Source of the DNA: an uncultured Candidatus Binatia bacterium
GTDB taxonomy: Bacteria; Desulfobacterota; Binatia; Bin18
Direction of reading: 5' to 3'
Assembly: GCA_965214605.1 (NCBI GenBank)
Contig: OZ243961.1
Location: forward strand, 1,632,001 to 1,696,000
Length of the DNA: 64,000 nt
Shown here: positions 21,135-31,643 of the stretch, one piece after another
Numbering within the stretch: position 1 is the first letter of the stretch
Layout of the letters: each line of letters opens with the position of its first letter
Program-made: the position numbers and the translations under genes
Notes under the pieces: generated by a model
Seen by the model: the letters and a program-made list of their open reading frames with translations, nothing else
What the model was told of the DNA's origin: nothing
Databases searched by the model: none

Positions 21135-21785
21135 CTAGGCACCGCGTAGCCTCCCTCTGGCCCTTTCGTGCAGGCTGGCGTCCGCGCTGGGCCGGGCAGC
21201 AACCCGTTCAAACCAAGCCGTCATGTTTGTGAGCTGGGGCTTGATCGTCTGGCCGACCCCGGCTCCAAAGTCGAGGGCACTGTACAGAATAATATCGGCC
21301 ACGGTGAAGCGTTCGCCTACGATGAAAGACTTCTTCTCCATCAAGCCGTCGAGCCATTCGAGCCTCTCCTGGACAATCTCCTTGAGACCGGCCGCAGCCT
21401 CGGGCAAACAGTGCAGCCGATTTTTGAACATCTCAAAGCCCTCGGCGTAGCGATAGCCGTTGTACAGATGTTCAGTGATATTCATCTCGATGCGGCGTTG
21501 CCACATCCGGGTTTGGGCTTTCTCTTCGGGCGTACTGCCGATCAGGGCCGGGGTCGGATGTAGGTCTTCCAGATATTCGCAGATCGCAACCGTCTCGGCC
21601 AGGTAACTGCCATCGTCAAGTTCCAGCGACGGCATCTGGCCGCCAGGGTTCTTGGCGGTATAGGGTGGCCTACGGTTCTCACCGGCCTGGATATCAAGAT
21701 CGATGGTCTCCAGGGTGAGGCCTTTTTCAGCCATAAACATGCGGACACAGCGAGGGTTGGGACCAAGTGAATTAACAAGTTTCAT
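21135..21785 (-). CDS. Glutathione S-transferase family protein
   Basis: SLGPNPR, NPGGQMPSLELDDG, ETVAICEYLE, FTVADI. Confidence 0.9.
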   Translation of the reverse strand: MKLVNSLGPNPRCVRMFMAEKGLTLETIDLDIQAGENRRPPYTAKNPGGQMPSLELDDGSYLAETVAICEYLEDLHPTPALIGSTPEEKAQTRMWQRRIEMNITEHLYNGYRYAEGFEMFKNRLHCLPEAAAGLKEIVQERLEWLDGLMEKKSFIVGERFTVADIILYSALDFGAGVGQTIKPQLTNMTAWFERVAARPSADASLHERARGRLRGA

Positions 21786-21900
21786 AGCGATCTCCTGTCT
21801 GCAGAAACGAAGTATGGCTGCGGTGTATCCTATTTCTCCGGGGCCATGCAAGCATTCCGAAGGCTCTCGGATCCTCTTAGTGTTTCCTGCCCTCTTCACC

Positions 21901-23193
21901 CTACCAGGTCACTTTATCTGAACTGCCTTTATACAGGGAGCGCACATAGGCGATGATTTTCCAGGCCTGGTCTGGATCAATAGAGTCTTTGAAGGATGGC
22001 ATCTTGCCCCGCCCTTCCATGATCTGCTGCATGACATCGGCGTCTGTCCCTTTGCCAACGCTCCACTTCGCGTCGTTGATACTCGGCCCCATGCCTCCCC
22101 CGCCGCGCATCCCGTGACAACCGTAGCAGTTCAGCATCTTGTAATACTCCTTGCCCTCGGCAATGGCCTCCAGATCGCCGGTGAACGGATTTTTGGCAAC
22201 GCGTGCCAGCTCGTCGTGGAAGGCTGCCGCGGCCGTTTCCTGCGCCGCTTTGGCGGGTGACGTCTCGGCCTGAGCGGTCTGCACGGACACATCCGGGGGC
22301 GAGGTAGAGACGGACGTTTCCCCAAGCTCCCCGTCGTCCAGTAGGGGCACCCCGTAGTCTTGCAGAATAGCCCGAATCGATCCAGCGTGCTGGGACAACA
22401 AGGCATCCAGCTCTGCCTTGAGGGTCTGGTTGCCACGACGGACGCCCATGGCGATGTTATACCGAAACGGGAGCCGAGCCGAGCCCGCATCTGCCGGCAG
22501 CGGAGTTACCTGTAGAGGCGGCGTATGCTGTTGGGCGAAATAGCCCGCAATCGGTCCCCAGACCAGAGCGGCATCAATCTCGCCGGCCGCAACCGCAGTG
22601 ACAATTCTGCCAGACGGACTGTCCTCGGCATAATTGCCGTACACACTGTAGCCGACCACATTATCGACCAACCCACGCTGGCTAAGGGCATGGGCGGGCG
22701 GACTGTTGGTGTAATCGTCACCAATCAGATGCACGCCGATACGCAGGCGGCTCAGCACCGCGTCGTTCAAGGAAGTCAGCCGATAGTCGGCGTCGGAGCG
22801 ATACACAAAGGCATACGTGGACCGGTAGTAGGGCCGGGTTGTGAGCACTAACTCGTCCTCGGCCGGGAGCCCCATGACTACTTCACACCGACCGGCGTTC
22901 AGCGTCCCACGCAGAAAACCGCGGCGCTGCGGCCACCAGGTGTAGGCCACATCGCCACCTCGCGCCTTGGCAAAAAGCTCGGCGATTTTGTTCTCAAAGC
23001 CCTGGCGTTGCTGGTTCGAGAAGGGCAGGTTGTTTGGATCCGCACACACGCGCAAGACGGGCGGACTGCCAGGAGCCTGTTCACCCCGGCTAGACACAGC
23101 GAACAGCAAGACCCAGCACAACGCCCCCAGCCCGGCGAACAGGAGACAACGCGGCGGAGAATCTCGGTTGTCTAAAAAGCTCTGCGGCGACAT
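21901..23193 (-). CDS. XoxJ/MoxJ-type periplasmic binding protein fused to a C-terminal c-type cytochrome (XoxG-like)
   Basis: LRVCADPNNLPFS..GFENKIAEL, QRRGF, PYYRSTY (MoxJ family); S/T/P/A-rich linker; CYGCH haem motif with GGGMGP. Confidence 0.85.
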   Translation of the reverse strand: MSPQSFLDNRDSPPRCLLFAGLGALCWVLLFAVSSRGEQAPGSPPVLRVCADPNNLPFSNQQRQGFENKIAELFAKARGGDVAYTWWPQRRGFLRGTLNAGRCEVVMGLPAEDELVLTTRPYYRSTYAFVYRSDADYRLTSLNDAVLSRLRIGVHLIGDDYTNSPPAHALSQRGLVDNVVGYSVYGNYAEDSPSGRIVTAVAAGEIDAALVWGPIAGYFAQQHTPPLQVTPLPADAGSARLPFRYNIAMGVRRGNQTLKAELDALLSQHAGSIRAILQDYGVPLLDDGELGETSVSTSPPDVSVQTAQAETSPAKAAQETAAAAFHDELARVAKNPFTGDLEAIAEGKEYYKMLNCYGCHGMRGGGGMGPSINDAKWSVGKGTDADVMQQIMEGRGKMPSFKDSIDPDQAWKIIAYVRSLYKGSSDKVTW

Positions 23194-23269
23194 GAGACGA
23201 TAATGAGGAGGCAAGGTCCGCTGACTCAGCCCCCGTACCCCAAGGGGAAAACGCAGATCACCCCCCCTA

Positions 23270-25078
23270 TCAGTCGAGCCCAAACACGTACAGCGTCCCG
23301 CCTTTGTTGGTGTCTTGGCCCAGGTCCCCAAAGGCACCCACGGCTCCTAGGGCTGCGGTCGGGTCGTCTGTGGCCAGATCACCCGCAACCACCAGGCCGG
23401 ACCAGCCGCCGATACCGGACAGAATAGCGACGTACTGTTTGCCGTTCGGACCAAGGTAGGTCATCGGCGCACCAATGATGCCTGAGCCGGTTTTGAACTT
23501 CCACAGCTCCTCACCATTTGTGGCATCAACCGCCTTGAACCAACCCTCCATGGTACCGTAGAAGACGACCTCACCCGCCGTGGACAGCGCACCGCTCCAG
23601 GCCGCCCACTTTTCTTTGATGCCCCATTTTTTCTCACCCGTCACCGGATCCCAGGCCAGAAACTCGCCCCGATGTCCGCCCGGTCCGGGCGACATATTCA
23701 CAATCGCTCCCACATAGGGGATACCCGCCATATAGTTGACCTGCATCCCCTCGTATTCCATACACAGATTGTTAGTCGGCACATATAACAGACCTGTCTT
23801 GGGCGAATACGCAGCCGGCTGCTGATCCTTGGCCCCCATTGCTGCCGGGCAGATATCGGTCACATTCTCACCCTGTTTGGTGCGCTTCTCCGGGTTTTCA
23901 ACAGGCAGTCCTGTCTCTAAATCAACGCGGCTAGCCCAGTTCACATGCCCAAACGGCTTGGCACTGATCAGCCTACCGCTCACACGGTCAAGCACATAGG
24001 CAAAACCGTTGCGGTCAAAGTGGACCAAGACCTTCTGCGTACCGTTGCCGTTCGCGCCCGGCAGATCAATCAGAATACTCTCGTTAATCCCGTCATAGTC
24101 CCAGGCATCGTGCGGGGTCATCTGGTAAGCCCACTTGGCCATCCCGGTGTCAGGATTGCGAGCAAACAGCGTCATCGACCACTTGTTCTCGCCTGGGCGC
24201 TGGTCGGGATTCCAGGCACCCGGGTTGCCCGTGCCATAATAGAACAGGTTCAGCTCTGGGTCGTAGCTATACCAACCCCAGGTCGTGCCGCCTCCACGTT
24301 TCCACTCCTCACCTTTCCAGGTTGACACTCCCAGGTCCTTGCCCTGGTGTGAGGCGTAGGGTGACGAGAAATCCTCGCCAATGAGCACCTCGGAGTCAGG
24401 CCCGGTACTGTAAGCCCGCCACACCTGCTCGCCAGTTTCGATATTGTTGGCCGTCACAAAGCCGCGCACCCCGAACTCTCCACCGCTGATGCCGGTCAAG
24501 ACCTTGTCCCGAATCACCAGAGGCACCATCGTAATCGTCTGGCCCTGGCCGATATCGCCCTGTTTGACCTTCCACACCTGTTTACCGGTCTCGGCATCCA
24601 AAGCAACCGTGTGGGCGTCGAGCTGGTTGAAGAAAATTTTTCCCTCGGCGTAGGCAACCCCACGGTTGACCGTATCGCAGCAGGCCACCGCAATGGCCGC
24701 CTCGTCCTGTTCGGGCGCGTACTTCCACTTCACCGCGGGCCCCGGTTTACTTAAATCCAGGGCATACACAATGTTGGGAAAAGGCGTAACGACATACATC
24801 ATGTGACCGACGACCAGCGGGGCGCCCTCATGGCCGCGCAAAACACCGGTCGAGAAGGTCCAGGCCGCTTTGAGATTCTTAACGTTATCCTTGGTAATCT
24901 GTGTCAGCGGGCTATGACGGGTCAGGGCATAGTCCTTTCCGGGCAAGACCCACTGACCGTGGTCCTGCTGCATCTCGGTCAAATCCTGAGCGCCCACGTG
25001 GGGGGCAGCTCCAAATAGAAATCCACACATGAAAAACACTGCCGAAAGCCGGATCCATCGCTGTCGCTGCATGCCCAC
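23270..25078 (-). CDS. xoxF: Lanthanide-dependent PQQ methanol dehydrogenase
   Basis: Signal peptide, ACCDTVNRG vicinal disulfide, GGEFGVRG, WDYDGINE containing the extra Asp diagnostic of Ln binding; no mxaI nearby. Confidence 0.88.
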   Translation of the reverse strand: MGMQRQRWIRLSAVFFMCGFLFGAAPHVGAQDLTEMQQDHGQWVLPGKDYALTRHSPLTQITKDNVKNLKAAWTFSTGVLRGHEGAPLVVGHMMYVVTPFPNIVYALDLSKPGPAVKWKYAPEQDEAAIAVACCDTVNRGVAYAEGKIFFNQLDAHTVALDAETGKQVWKVKQGDIGQGQTITMVPLVIRDKVLTGISGGEFGVRGFVTANNIETGEQVWRAYSTGPDSEVLIGEDFSSPYASHQGKDLGVSTWKGEEWKRGGGTTWGWYSYDPELNLFYYGTGNPGAWNPDQRPGENKWSMTLFARNPDTGMAKWAYQMTPHDAWDYDGINESILIDLPGANGNGTQKVLVHFDRNGFAYVLDRVSGRLISAKPFGHVNWASRVDLETGLPVENPEKRTKQGENVTDICPAAMGAKDQQPAAYSPKTGLLYVPTNNLCMEYEGMQVNYMAGIPYVGAIVNMSPGPGGHRGEFLAWDPVTGEKKWGIKEKWAAWSGALSTAGEVVFYGTMEGWFKAVDATNGEELWKFKTGSGIIGAPMTYLGPNGKQYVAILSGIGGWSGLVVAGDLATDDPTAALGAVGAFGDLGQDTNKGGTLYVFGLD

Positions 25079-25226
25079 CCTCCTTATGTGACCAGTGCGT
25101 ATGCAAAAAGGCTACTCTGAACCCGGAGGGTTTGTCAATTCCAAACCGTCCCAACTCAGGCGACGCTTTCCTTGACTCCGTCAGACGGCCTTGCTAAGCC
25201 ACGGAGAGGACAGACAGGAGGATACG

Positions 25227-26006
25227 GTGGCGCAAACGTGGTCTGAAAGTGCGGTTGAAGTCGCGGGTGGGCAGGTCGAGCTGCTGACGGGCGGCAGCGG
25301 CCCTCCCCTCGTCGTTCTCCACCATGATATTGGCAACCCGGGCCGGCTGCCCTTTTACGACGCGCTGTCCCGACAGTTCAGCGTCTATGTCCCCTCCCAC
25401 CCAGGCTATGGTAAATCCGAGCGGCCGGACTGGATGCGCAATGTCCGTGACTTGGCGATTGTCCACCAATGGCTGGTAAAAGATCTCAAGCTAGACAAGC
25501 CCTGTTTGGTCGGGCTCGGCTTTGGCGGCTGGCTAGCGGCTGAGATGGCCAGCATGAGCCCGGGTCAGTACCGACGGCTGATCCTGGTCGGGGCAATGGG
25601 AATCAAGCCGACCGAAGGCGAGATCGTTGACCAATTCCTGCTCTACACCACCGATTATATTAAGAGCGGCTTTTTTGACGTCGCCGCCTATGAGGCCCAG
25701 TTTACCAGCGAGCCGGATATTGACCAGCTCGTCGAGTGGGAGGTCCACCGCGAAATGACCACTCGGATCGCCTGGAAACCGTATATGTTCAACCCCGGAC
25801 TGCCGCACCTGCTCGGCGGGGTAGAGGCACCGACGCTGGTAGTGTGGGGCAAACACGATCGCATCGTGCCGCTCAACTGCGGCGAACAATATGTGAAGGC
25901 TCTGCCTCATGCGCAGCTGACCGTTCTGGACGAGTGTGGGCATTTTGTCGACATGGAGAAGGCAGAAGAGTTGGCTGGCGTGGTCTGTGACTTTCTCTCC
26001 GTATGA
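25227..26006 (+). CDS. Alpha/beta hydrolase-fold protein with atypical nucleophile elbow
   Basis: PGYGKS, VGLGFGGW (Gly where Ser is usual), WGKHD, CGHF; GTG start after AGGAGG. Confidence 0.75.
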   Translation: MAQTWSESAVEVAGGQVELLTGGSGPPLVVLHHDIGNPGRLPFYDALSRQFSVYVPSHPGYGKSERPDWMRNVRDLAIVHQWLVKDLKLDKPCLVGLGFGGWLAAEMASMSPGQYRRLILVGAMGIKPTEGEIVDQFLLYTTDYIKSGFFDVAAYEAQFTSEPDIDQLVEWEVHREMTTRIAWKPYMFNPGLPHLLGGVEAPTLVVWGKHDRIVPLNCGEQYVKALPHAQLTVLDECGHFVDMEKAEELAGVVCDFLSV

Positions 26007-26018
26007 AGGAGTGTTGCC

Positions 26019-27251
26019 ATGCATCTGATGTATTTCACCGAACAACCGATGTCCACCTACCCTCAGGAAGAGGGCGAGAAGTTTGGCTATACCGCCCTGC
26101 TGTTTCCCAACAAATTTTTCGATCCGGTTGAGGGCAGCCGCCTGTACAATGAGCGGATCGAAGAATACCAGTATGCCGAGGAGTGCGGCGTGGACGGCAT
26201 TATGCTCAACGAGCACCATAACGCGCCGTTCTGCATGCAAGCCAAGACCAATATCTGTGCCGCGATTCTGGCCGCCAAGACCGAGCGGGTGAAGATCGTG
26301 CTGTTGGGCAATCCACTGCCGATTACAGACAACCCGGTCCGGCTAGCCGAAGAGCTAGCCATGATCGATATGATCTCCAGAGGGCGTCTTGTTTCCGGTT
26401 TCGTACGCGGCGGCGGCGTGGAGTCGTTGGCCGCCAACGCCAACCCGGCCTATAACCGCGAGCGGTTTGCCGAAGCCCACGATCTGATTATCAAGGCCTG
26501 GACCCAACCCGGGCCGTTTCGGTGGGAGGGCGACCATTACCATCTCCGGGTCGTTAATCCCTGGGCCGTGCCCCTTCAGCAGCCGCATCCCCGAGTCTGG
26601 ATTCCGGGCGTGGTCAGCCGTGAGACTATCGTCTGGGCGGCCGCACACCGCTATCCGTACATTATTCTGAACGCGCCGGTCCAAGAGTGCCGAAAAATCT
26701 GGCAGCTGTACGACGAGACCGCCGAGCGAGCGGGCTATACCTCAGGTCCGGAGCAGCGCGGCTATTTGATCCGGTGTCACGTTGCCGAAACCGAGGAAAA
26801 AGCGCTCAGGAATGCCAAGGAATTCATGTGGATGCAGGGTGAATTCACCGGCCTCACCCATCCGCTATGGGCATCCCCGGCCGGCTATTTGGGCGAGTGG
26901 GCGCGCCGTCCCCTGGCCGAGTATCGCGTTGGCAGACGCCAGCAGAACATGCCGCCGTACGAAAAACAATTAGAGAACATGTCGATTATCGCCGGCACGC
27001 CCAAACAGGTGATTGACAAACTGCAGGTCATCGTCGAAGAAACCCGCCCATCGATTCTGGCCCTGTGGGGCAACGATGGCAAGGTCAATCATACCGATTC
27101 GATGGACTGTATCCGTCTGCTCGGGCAAGAGGTTATGCCGGCCATTCGAGAGATTGGCGACAAACTCGGTCTCAAGAGTCCGTTTGAGGCCAACAGCCCG
27201 GTCAGCCTAGCCGCCTCCCAAGAGACTGCTAGGATTGCCGCAGCCGACTGA
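26019..27251 (+). CDS. LLM-class flavin-dependent oxidoreductase
   Basis: NEHH, RLAEELAMID.ISRGRL, PLQQPHP. Confidence 0.85.
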   Translation: MHLMYFTEQPMSTYPQEEGEKFGYTALLFPNKFFDPVEGSRLYNERIEEYQYAEECGVDGIMLNEHHNAPFCMQAKTNICAAILAAKTERVKIVLLGNPLPITDNPVRLAEELAMIDMISRGRLVSGFVRGGGVESLAANANPAYNRERFAEAHDLIIKAWTQPGPFRWEGDHYHLRVVNPWAVPLQQPHPRVWIPGVVSRETIVWAAAHRYPYIILNAPVQECRKIWQLYDETAERAGYTSGPEQRGYLIRCHVAETEEKALRNAKEFMWMQGEFTGLTHPLWASPAGYLGEWARRPLAEYRVGRRQQNMPPYEKQLENMSIIAGTPKQVIDKLQVIVEETRPSILALWGNDGKVNHTDSMDCIRLLGQEVMPAIREIGDKLGLKSPFEANSPVSLAASQETARIAAAD

Positions 27252-27263
27252 AGGGAGCCAACC

Positions 27264-27668
27264 ATGGGAACCGCAGAAAACAAACAGGTGATCCGAGACG
27301 CGTTTGCGGCCTGGGCCAACGGCGATGGAGCGGCCTTCTTTAACACCTTAGCCGACGACGTGCGTTGGACGGTGATTGGCACCAGCCCAGTATCCCGGAC
27401 TTACACCAGCCGCCAGGCCTTTCTGGAGGGGGCGGCCAGGCCGCTGAACGCCAGGCTAGCCGGTCCGATCAGTCCCACCGTGATCAGTATCATTGGTGAG
27501 GGCGACACTGTGGTCCTCCAGTGGAAGGGGCGCGCCACCACAAAATCTGGCAGCCCCTACAACAACAGCTACTGCTGGGTCATGCGCCTGGTCAACGGCA
27601 AAGTTATCGAAGGCACGGCCTATATCGACACCGAGCTCGTCTCGGAGTTATGGAAAGAGACGCCGTGA
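27264..27668 (+). CDS. SnoaL/NTF2-like protein
   Basis: LADDVRWTVIG, YNNSYCWV, YIDT. Confidence 0.8.
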   Translation: MGTAENKQVIRDAFAAWANGDGAAFFNTLADDVRWTVIGTSPVSRTYTSRQAFLEGAARPLNARLAGPISPTVISIIGEGDTVVLQWKGRATTKSGSPYNNSYCWVMRLVNGKVIEGTAYIDTELVSELWKETP

Positions 27669-27730
27669 GTTCGCAAAAGAAAGCCGCGCCTCACTCGTCA
27701 CCCCGATGACGATCTCTTCCGGCATGGGGC

Positions 27731-29026
27731 TCAAGCCGACGATCCCCCCTCCCGTGCCGCCACCTCCGGCAGTCCACCCTCCAGCTCAATCGGCTCGGGC
27801 ACGACGAGGAAATAGTACACCAGAGTCGCTACCAGCAGCATGGCGGCAATGACCACCAGGGGCAGCTCCCAGCTGCCCGTTGCCGCCACCAGAAAGCCGG
27901 CGCTCATCGGCCCGAAAATCCCGGCGCAATTGCCCGCTCCGTTCATCACGCCCGAGATCGCGCCGATTTGTTTGGGGTTCAGTTCAACCGGCACCGCCCA
28001 ACACGCTCCACTGCCCAGATTGGTGAAATACATATACAAGGCCAGACACGCGACCGACACGATCGGCCACGGCACGAACGCGGCGGCCAGGATGCTGGGA
28101 ATGCCCAGAAACGCGCACAGTGCGGGTGCCTGCGCCCGGGCCACCCGTGGACTCCAACCACGCCGCAGCAAGACATCCGAAATCGTCCCGCCGGAGATCA
28201 GCCCCAAGGCTCCCGCCACGGTCGGGATCATGCCCAAGAGCCCCATTGCTTCCAGCGAGAAGCCGCGGGCTTGGACCAGATAGGTCGGCAGCCATAGGAT
28301 GACCATCCACAGCCCATACACCATGCACAGATAGGCCAGGGAGAGCAGCAGGACGTGCCGATTTCTGAGAATGCGCAGCGGAGAAATCGTTGCCTTGGAA
28401 CGCGGGGCCAGATTCTCCTCAATTTCCCGCAGCTCTTGTTTGCTGATGCGGGGATGCTCGGCCGGCGTATTCGTTACCGAAGCCAGCCACACGATCAGCC
28501 ACAGCACGCCCAGGGCCCCATTAAAATAAAAAACCGCCGGCCAGGCAAAGGTGGCGATAATCCAGGTCGTCAGCGGATAGGCCAGGGCTTGGCCCAGGTG
28601 TGATCCGGACAGACTGATATTCTGGGCCCGGCCGTACTCATAGCGCGGAATCCAGCGGGCGTTCAGCACCGCGTAGGCTGGAAAGCTGACCGATTCGAGC
28701 AGACCTACGCCGAACCGCAAGGCCAGCATCAGGCCGAAGGCGGCCGCCCCAAGCGGCGTCAGCGCGGTAAACAGCGAAAAGCCAAAACACGCAATCGCCA
28801 CCACCCAGACCGTATTCCAGCGGTCGGCGATAATTCCGCCCGGAATCTGGAGCAGCGTATAGCCCAGCAGAAAGGCCGAAAAAACCAGACCGAACTGAGC
28901 CTCATCCCAGCCCAGAGCGGCCATCATGACGGGCGCGGCAACCGAGATATTCACCCGGTCGGCATAGTTGATCATACTGCCCGTGGCCAGCAGCCCGACA
29001 AGTTTGTAGCGCACCGGTAGGGCCAT
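27731..29026 (-). CDS. MFS transporter (anion:cation symporter-like)
   Basis: INYADRVNISVA, QIPGG..ADR, about 12 TM segments. Confidence 0.88.
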   Translation of the reverse strand: MALPVRYKLVGLLATGSMINYADRVNISVAAPVMMAALGWDEAQFGLVFSAFLLGYTLLQIPGGIIADRWNTVWVVAIACFGFSLFTALTPLGAAAFGLMLALRFGVGLLESVSFPAYAVLNARWIPRYEYGRAQNISLSGSHLGQALAYPLTTWIIATFAWPAVFYFNGALGVLWLIVWLASVTNTPAEHPRISKQELREIEENLAPRSKATISPLRILRNRHVLLLSLAYLCMVYGLWMVILWLPTYLVQARGFSLEAMGLLGMIPTVAGALGLISGGTISDVLLRRGWSPRVARAQAPALCAFLGIPSILAAAFVPWPIVSVACLALYMYFTNLGSGACWAVPVELNPKQIGAISGVMNGAGNCAGIFGPMSAGFLVAATGSWELPLVVIAAMLLVATLVYYFLVVPEPIELEGGLPEVAAREGGSSA

Positions 29027-29036
29027 ACGGTTTTCC

Positions 29037-29357
29037 TTAAGACCGGATCAAATCGTGGGCGCGGATTGTGACCGAAGGAGCCGACCCGTCCTCAAAAAAA
29101 TAATCCTCAGTGACCTGACTCATCGGTCCAAACTCCAGGTTCATGGCGACCGTGTCCTCGCTCGGCCACCAACGCAGGCGCACACCGAGTGCCCCGGCCG
29201 GCACCTCATGTCGGGTCGGGCGGCCGCCCGACCCGTCGTAAAAATAGTCGCCCTCCTCGCCCTCACGCGAGACCAACCAACTGCCCATCCAGCGCTTACG
29301 GCGATCTTCCGCCAGCTCGGCCTCACCCCAGTCCACAATCAATCGGTCCGGTTTCAT
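29037..29357 (-). CDS. Hypothetical protein
   Basis: ATGA overlap with upstream amidohydrolase stop; same-strand operon position. Confidence 0.55.
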   Translation of the reverse strand: MKPDRLIVDWGEAELAEDRRKRWMGSWLVSREGEEGDYFYDGSGGRPTRHEVPAGALGVRLRWWPSEDTVAMNLEFGPMSQVTEDYFFEDGSAPSVTIRAHDLIRS

Positions 29358-30475
29358 GCCCGTCCCTCGTCCGGAATCTCAAACCCGTACAATTCGGCCG
29401 CCGTTCGCCCCAACACCTGGCGTCGCTCGTCATCGCTCAGCGTGCCCATCGTGCGCTCGATAACCTCCCGAGAGCGCGGCCAGGTCCCCTCGTGATGCGG
29501 ATAGTCATCGCCCCACATCAGGTTTCCGACGCCGATCCACTGGTGCGTCTCCAGCCCGATCGGATCATCTTGAAACGTGGCATAGCCCTGGCGGCGGAAG
29601 TACTCGCTGGGCAACATCTCCAGCTTTGGCGCGACCCAAAAGTGGTGCTTCTGATAGCCCTCATCCATGACCCACAGGGTCCACGCCAGCCAGCCGATCC
29701 CGGCTTCAACCGTGGCAAACTTGAGTTGCGGAAAGCGCTGCAAAATACCCGACACACACATCTGGGTTACCGGTTCAATCGCGGTGGACAGCGCGTGCCA
29801 CACATAGTTGAGAATGGCCCCGCCGTTTCCGGTCGCGGTACGTGGATCTTTGCCTGTCCCGACATGAAAACTCACCGGCAGGCCGGCGGCCTGAATCGCC
29901 GCCCACAACGGCTCGTACAGCGGGAGATTATAGGGCTGGTCCGGGACCTGGACCGGCAGAAAGACCACCCGATAGCCGAGCTTGGCTACCCGTTCAACTT
30001 CCTTGACCGCGGTCTCGACGTTCTGGGGAGCAATCGCCGCCACTGGCAGCGAACGCTTTTGGGTGGGCGAAAAGACCTCAATCGCCCAGTCGTTCCACAC
30101 CCGACACATCTCGGTCTGATGGTCCGGGTCCGGCGAGGCCCACATCAATAGGCCCCGGTTGGGATACACGACCTCGGCATCAATGCCGTCCCGATCCAGG
30201 TCGGCGTGGCGTTTGCCCGCCTCCCAGCTCCCGCCTTTGGCGCGTTCCAGATCGTCCCCTTCGAGGTTGAAATCCCGAATCCGAGTCGGCCGCTGGCCCT
30301 CAACAATGAGCGTTTTTCGACCCCTGGCATCCAGTTCCATGCGGGGCAACCGGTGGCGAAACTTGGGCGCAACACGGCGCTCCCACAAATCCGGCGGCTC
30401 CAGTACGTGGCAGTCTGCCGATATCACAAAATACTTTTTAGCAGCTCTCGCATATTCAGAGCCCGCCGACGCCAT
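29354..30475 (-). CDS. Amidohydrolase_2 family protein
   Basis: ISADCH, VEAGIGW, WGDDYPHHEGTWP. Confidence 0.88.
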   Translation of the reverse strand: MASAGSEYARAAKKYFVISADCHVLEPPDLWERRVAPKFRHRLPRMELDARGRKTLIVEGQRPTRIRDFNLEGDDLERAKGGSWEAGKRHADLDRDGIDAEVVYPNRGLLMWASPDPDHQTEMCRVWNDWAIEVFSPTQKRSLPVAAIAPQNVETAVKEVERVAKLGYRVVFLPVQVPDQPYNLPLYEPLWAAIQAAGLPVSFHVGTGKDPRTATGNGGAILNYVWHALSTAIEPVTQMCVSGILQRFPQLKFATVEAGIGWLAWTLWVMDEGYQKHHFWVAPKLEMLPSEYFRRQGYATFQDDPIGLETHQWIGVGNLMWGDDYPHHEGTWPRSREVIERTMGTLSDDERRQVLGRTAAELYGFEIPDEGRA

Positions 30476-30501
30476 AATCACACCTCCCGCCCTATATCCA
30501 T

Positions 30502-31464
30502 TCACTTAATCGCGTACGCATTAGCCGGCGATCCGACTCCGCCCGGCAAATTGAGCGGCACCGACACCAAAAAGAACGCATACACCCCATCCCGGGCGCA
30601 ATCCCGGGCCAGTTCCTCCAGGTCCCACACCTCACCGATCGGCATCCCCTGCAGGGCGATCAGCCGCCGATGCTGGAAGCCGCCCGTCTCGGCCTTGACC
30701 GGCAGCGCCTCAAGCGCCACGTTATCCGAGGCCATGGCGGCAATCCGATGATCCCACAGCCAGGCCGCGGTCTCCTGCCCGGCATCCAACCCGGGACAGG
30801 CCATGCCCCCCTCGCCCGGATGCAGGGTCCCGCGCAAGGCCTCACGGCCGGCCGCATCCAGCCCGCTGTACCAGGCCAACCAGCCGGTGCGGAGAATCAG
30901 CACATCCCCGGCTTGCAGCGTCACGTTCTCGGCCTCGGCAATCTGCTCCAAAAATGGGCCGTCCATCGCAAACCGTCGGCCAGCGTCCAACGGCGTGCCT
31001 CTCTGTTCCATATAACGGGCCGCATCAAGCAAAACGCCGCGTCCAACAATACCGTGACGGGCCCAGTTCTCAATCCCCAGCTCGCCCTTCTCGTCCAACT
31101 CCTCATCCTGGCGACCACCATAATAGCCGAACTCCCGGTAGCGGATATGACGTAGGCTGTCCCACTGGCTTGAGCCCTGCAGAGCAAAATTATCCACATA
31201 ATCGTCGCGTCCACCCCGGTTGACCTCGATATGGTGCCGATAACCGGTCCGAAACCCACCGTACAGACTAATCGGAAAGTTGAGCGGGAGGCTGAGGTTG
31301 ATCACCCGGCCGGTCCGCACCAGACCGGCCGCCTGTTTGACCCGCTCCGGGGTCAACAGATTGACCGTGCCGAGCTGATCTCCAGGCCCAAATACCTCCC
31401 AGGCCTGACGTTCTCCGGTTTGTCCGACCTGGGGAAGATCGCGGAACAGCGGTATGTTCGCCAT
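30502..31464 (-). CDS. Cyclase family (kynurenine formamidase-like) protein
   Basis: DQLGTVNLL, SSQWDSLRH, GRGVLLD, GDVLILRTG, GVGSPAN. Confidence 0.85.
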   Translation of the reverse strand: MANIPLFRDLPQVGQTGERQAWEVFGPGDQLGTVNLLTPERVKQAAGLVRTGRVINLSLPLNFPISLYGGFRTGYRHHIEVNRGGRDDYVDNFALQGSSQWDSLRHIRYREFGYYGGRQDEELDEKGELGIENWARHGIVGRGVLLDAARYMEQRGTPLDAGRRFAMDGPFLEQIAEAENVTLQAGDVLILRTGWLAWYSGLDAAGREALRGTLHPGEGGMACPGLDAGQETAAWLWDHRIAAMASDNVALEALPVKAETGGFQHRRLIALQGMPIGEVWDLEELARDCARDGVYAFFLVSVPLNLPGGVGSPANAYAIK

Positions 31465-31643
31465 AACAGCCTCCTTGGTAGCCCAACAGCCCGCGCTCCT
31501 CATAGCAAAGTCCCGCCCGGACCGCAAAGCGGGGGGGAGGGAAAGGGGGAATGTCAAAAGGCAAATGGAGAGGGAGTCCCTTCACGGCTGCGCCCGATCT
31601 TAGCGTTGCGGCAAGCAGTGCTTTTGCCTATGATGCCCCTTAT

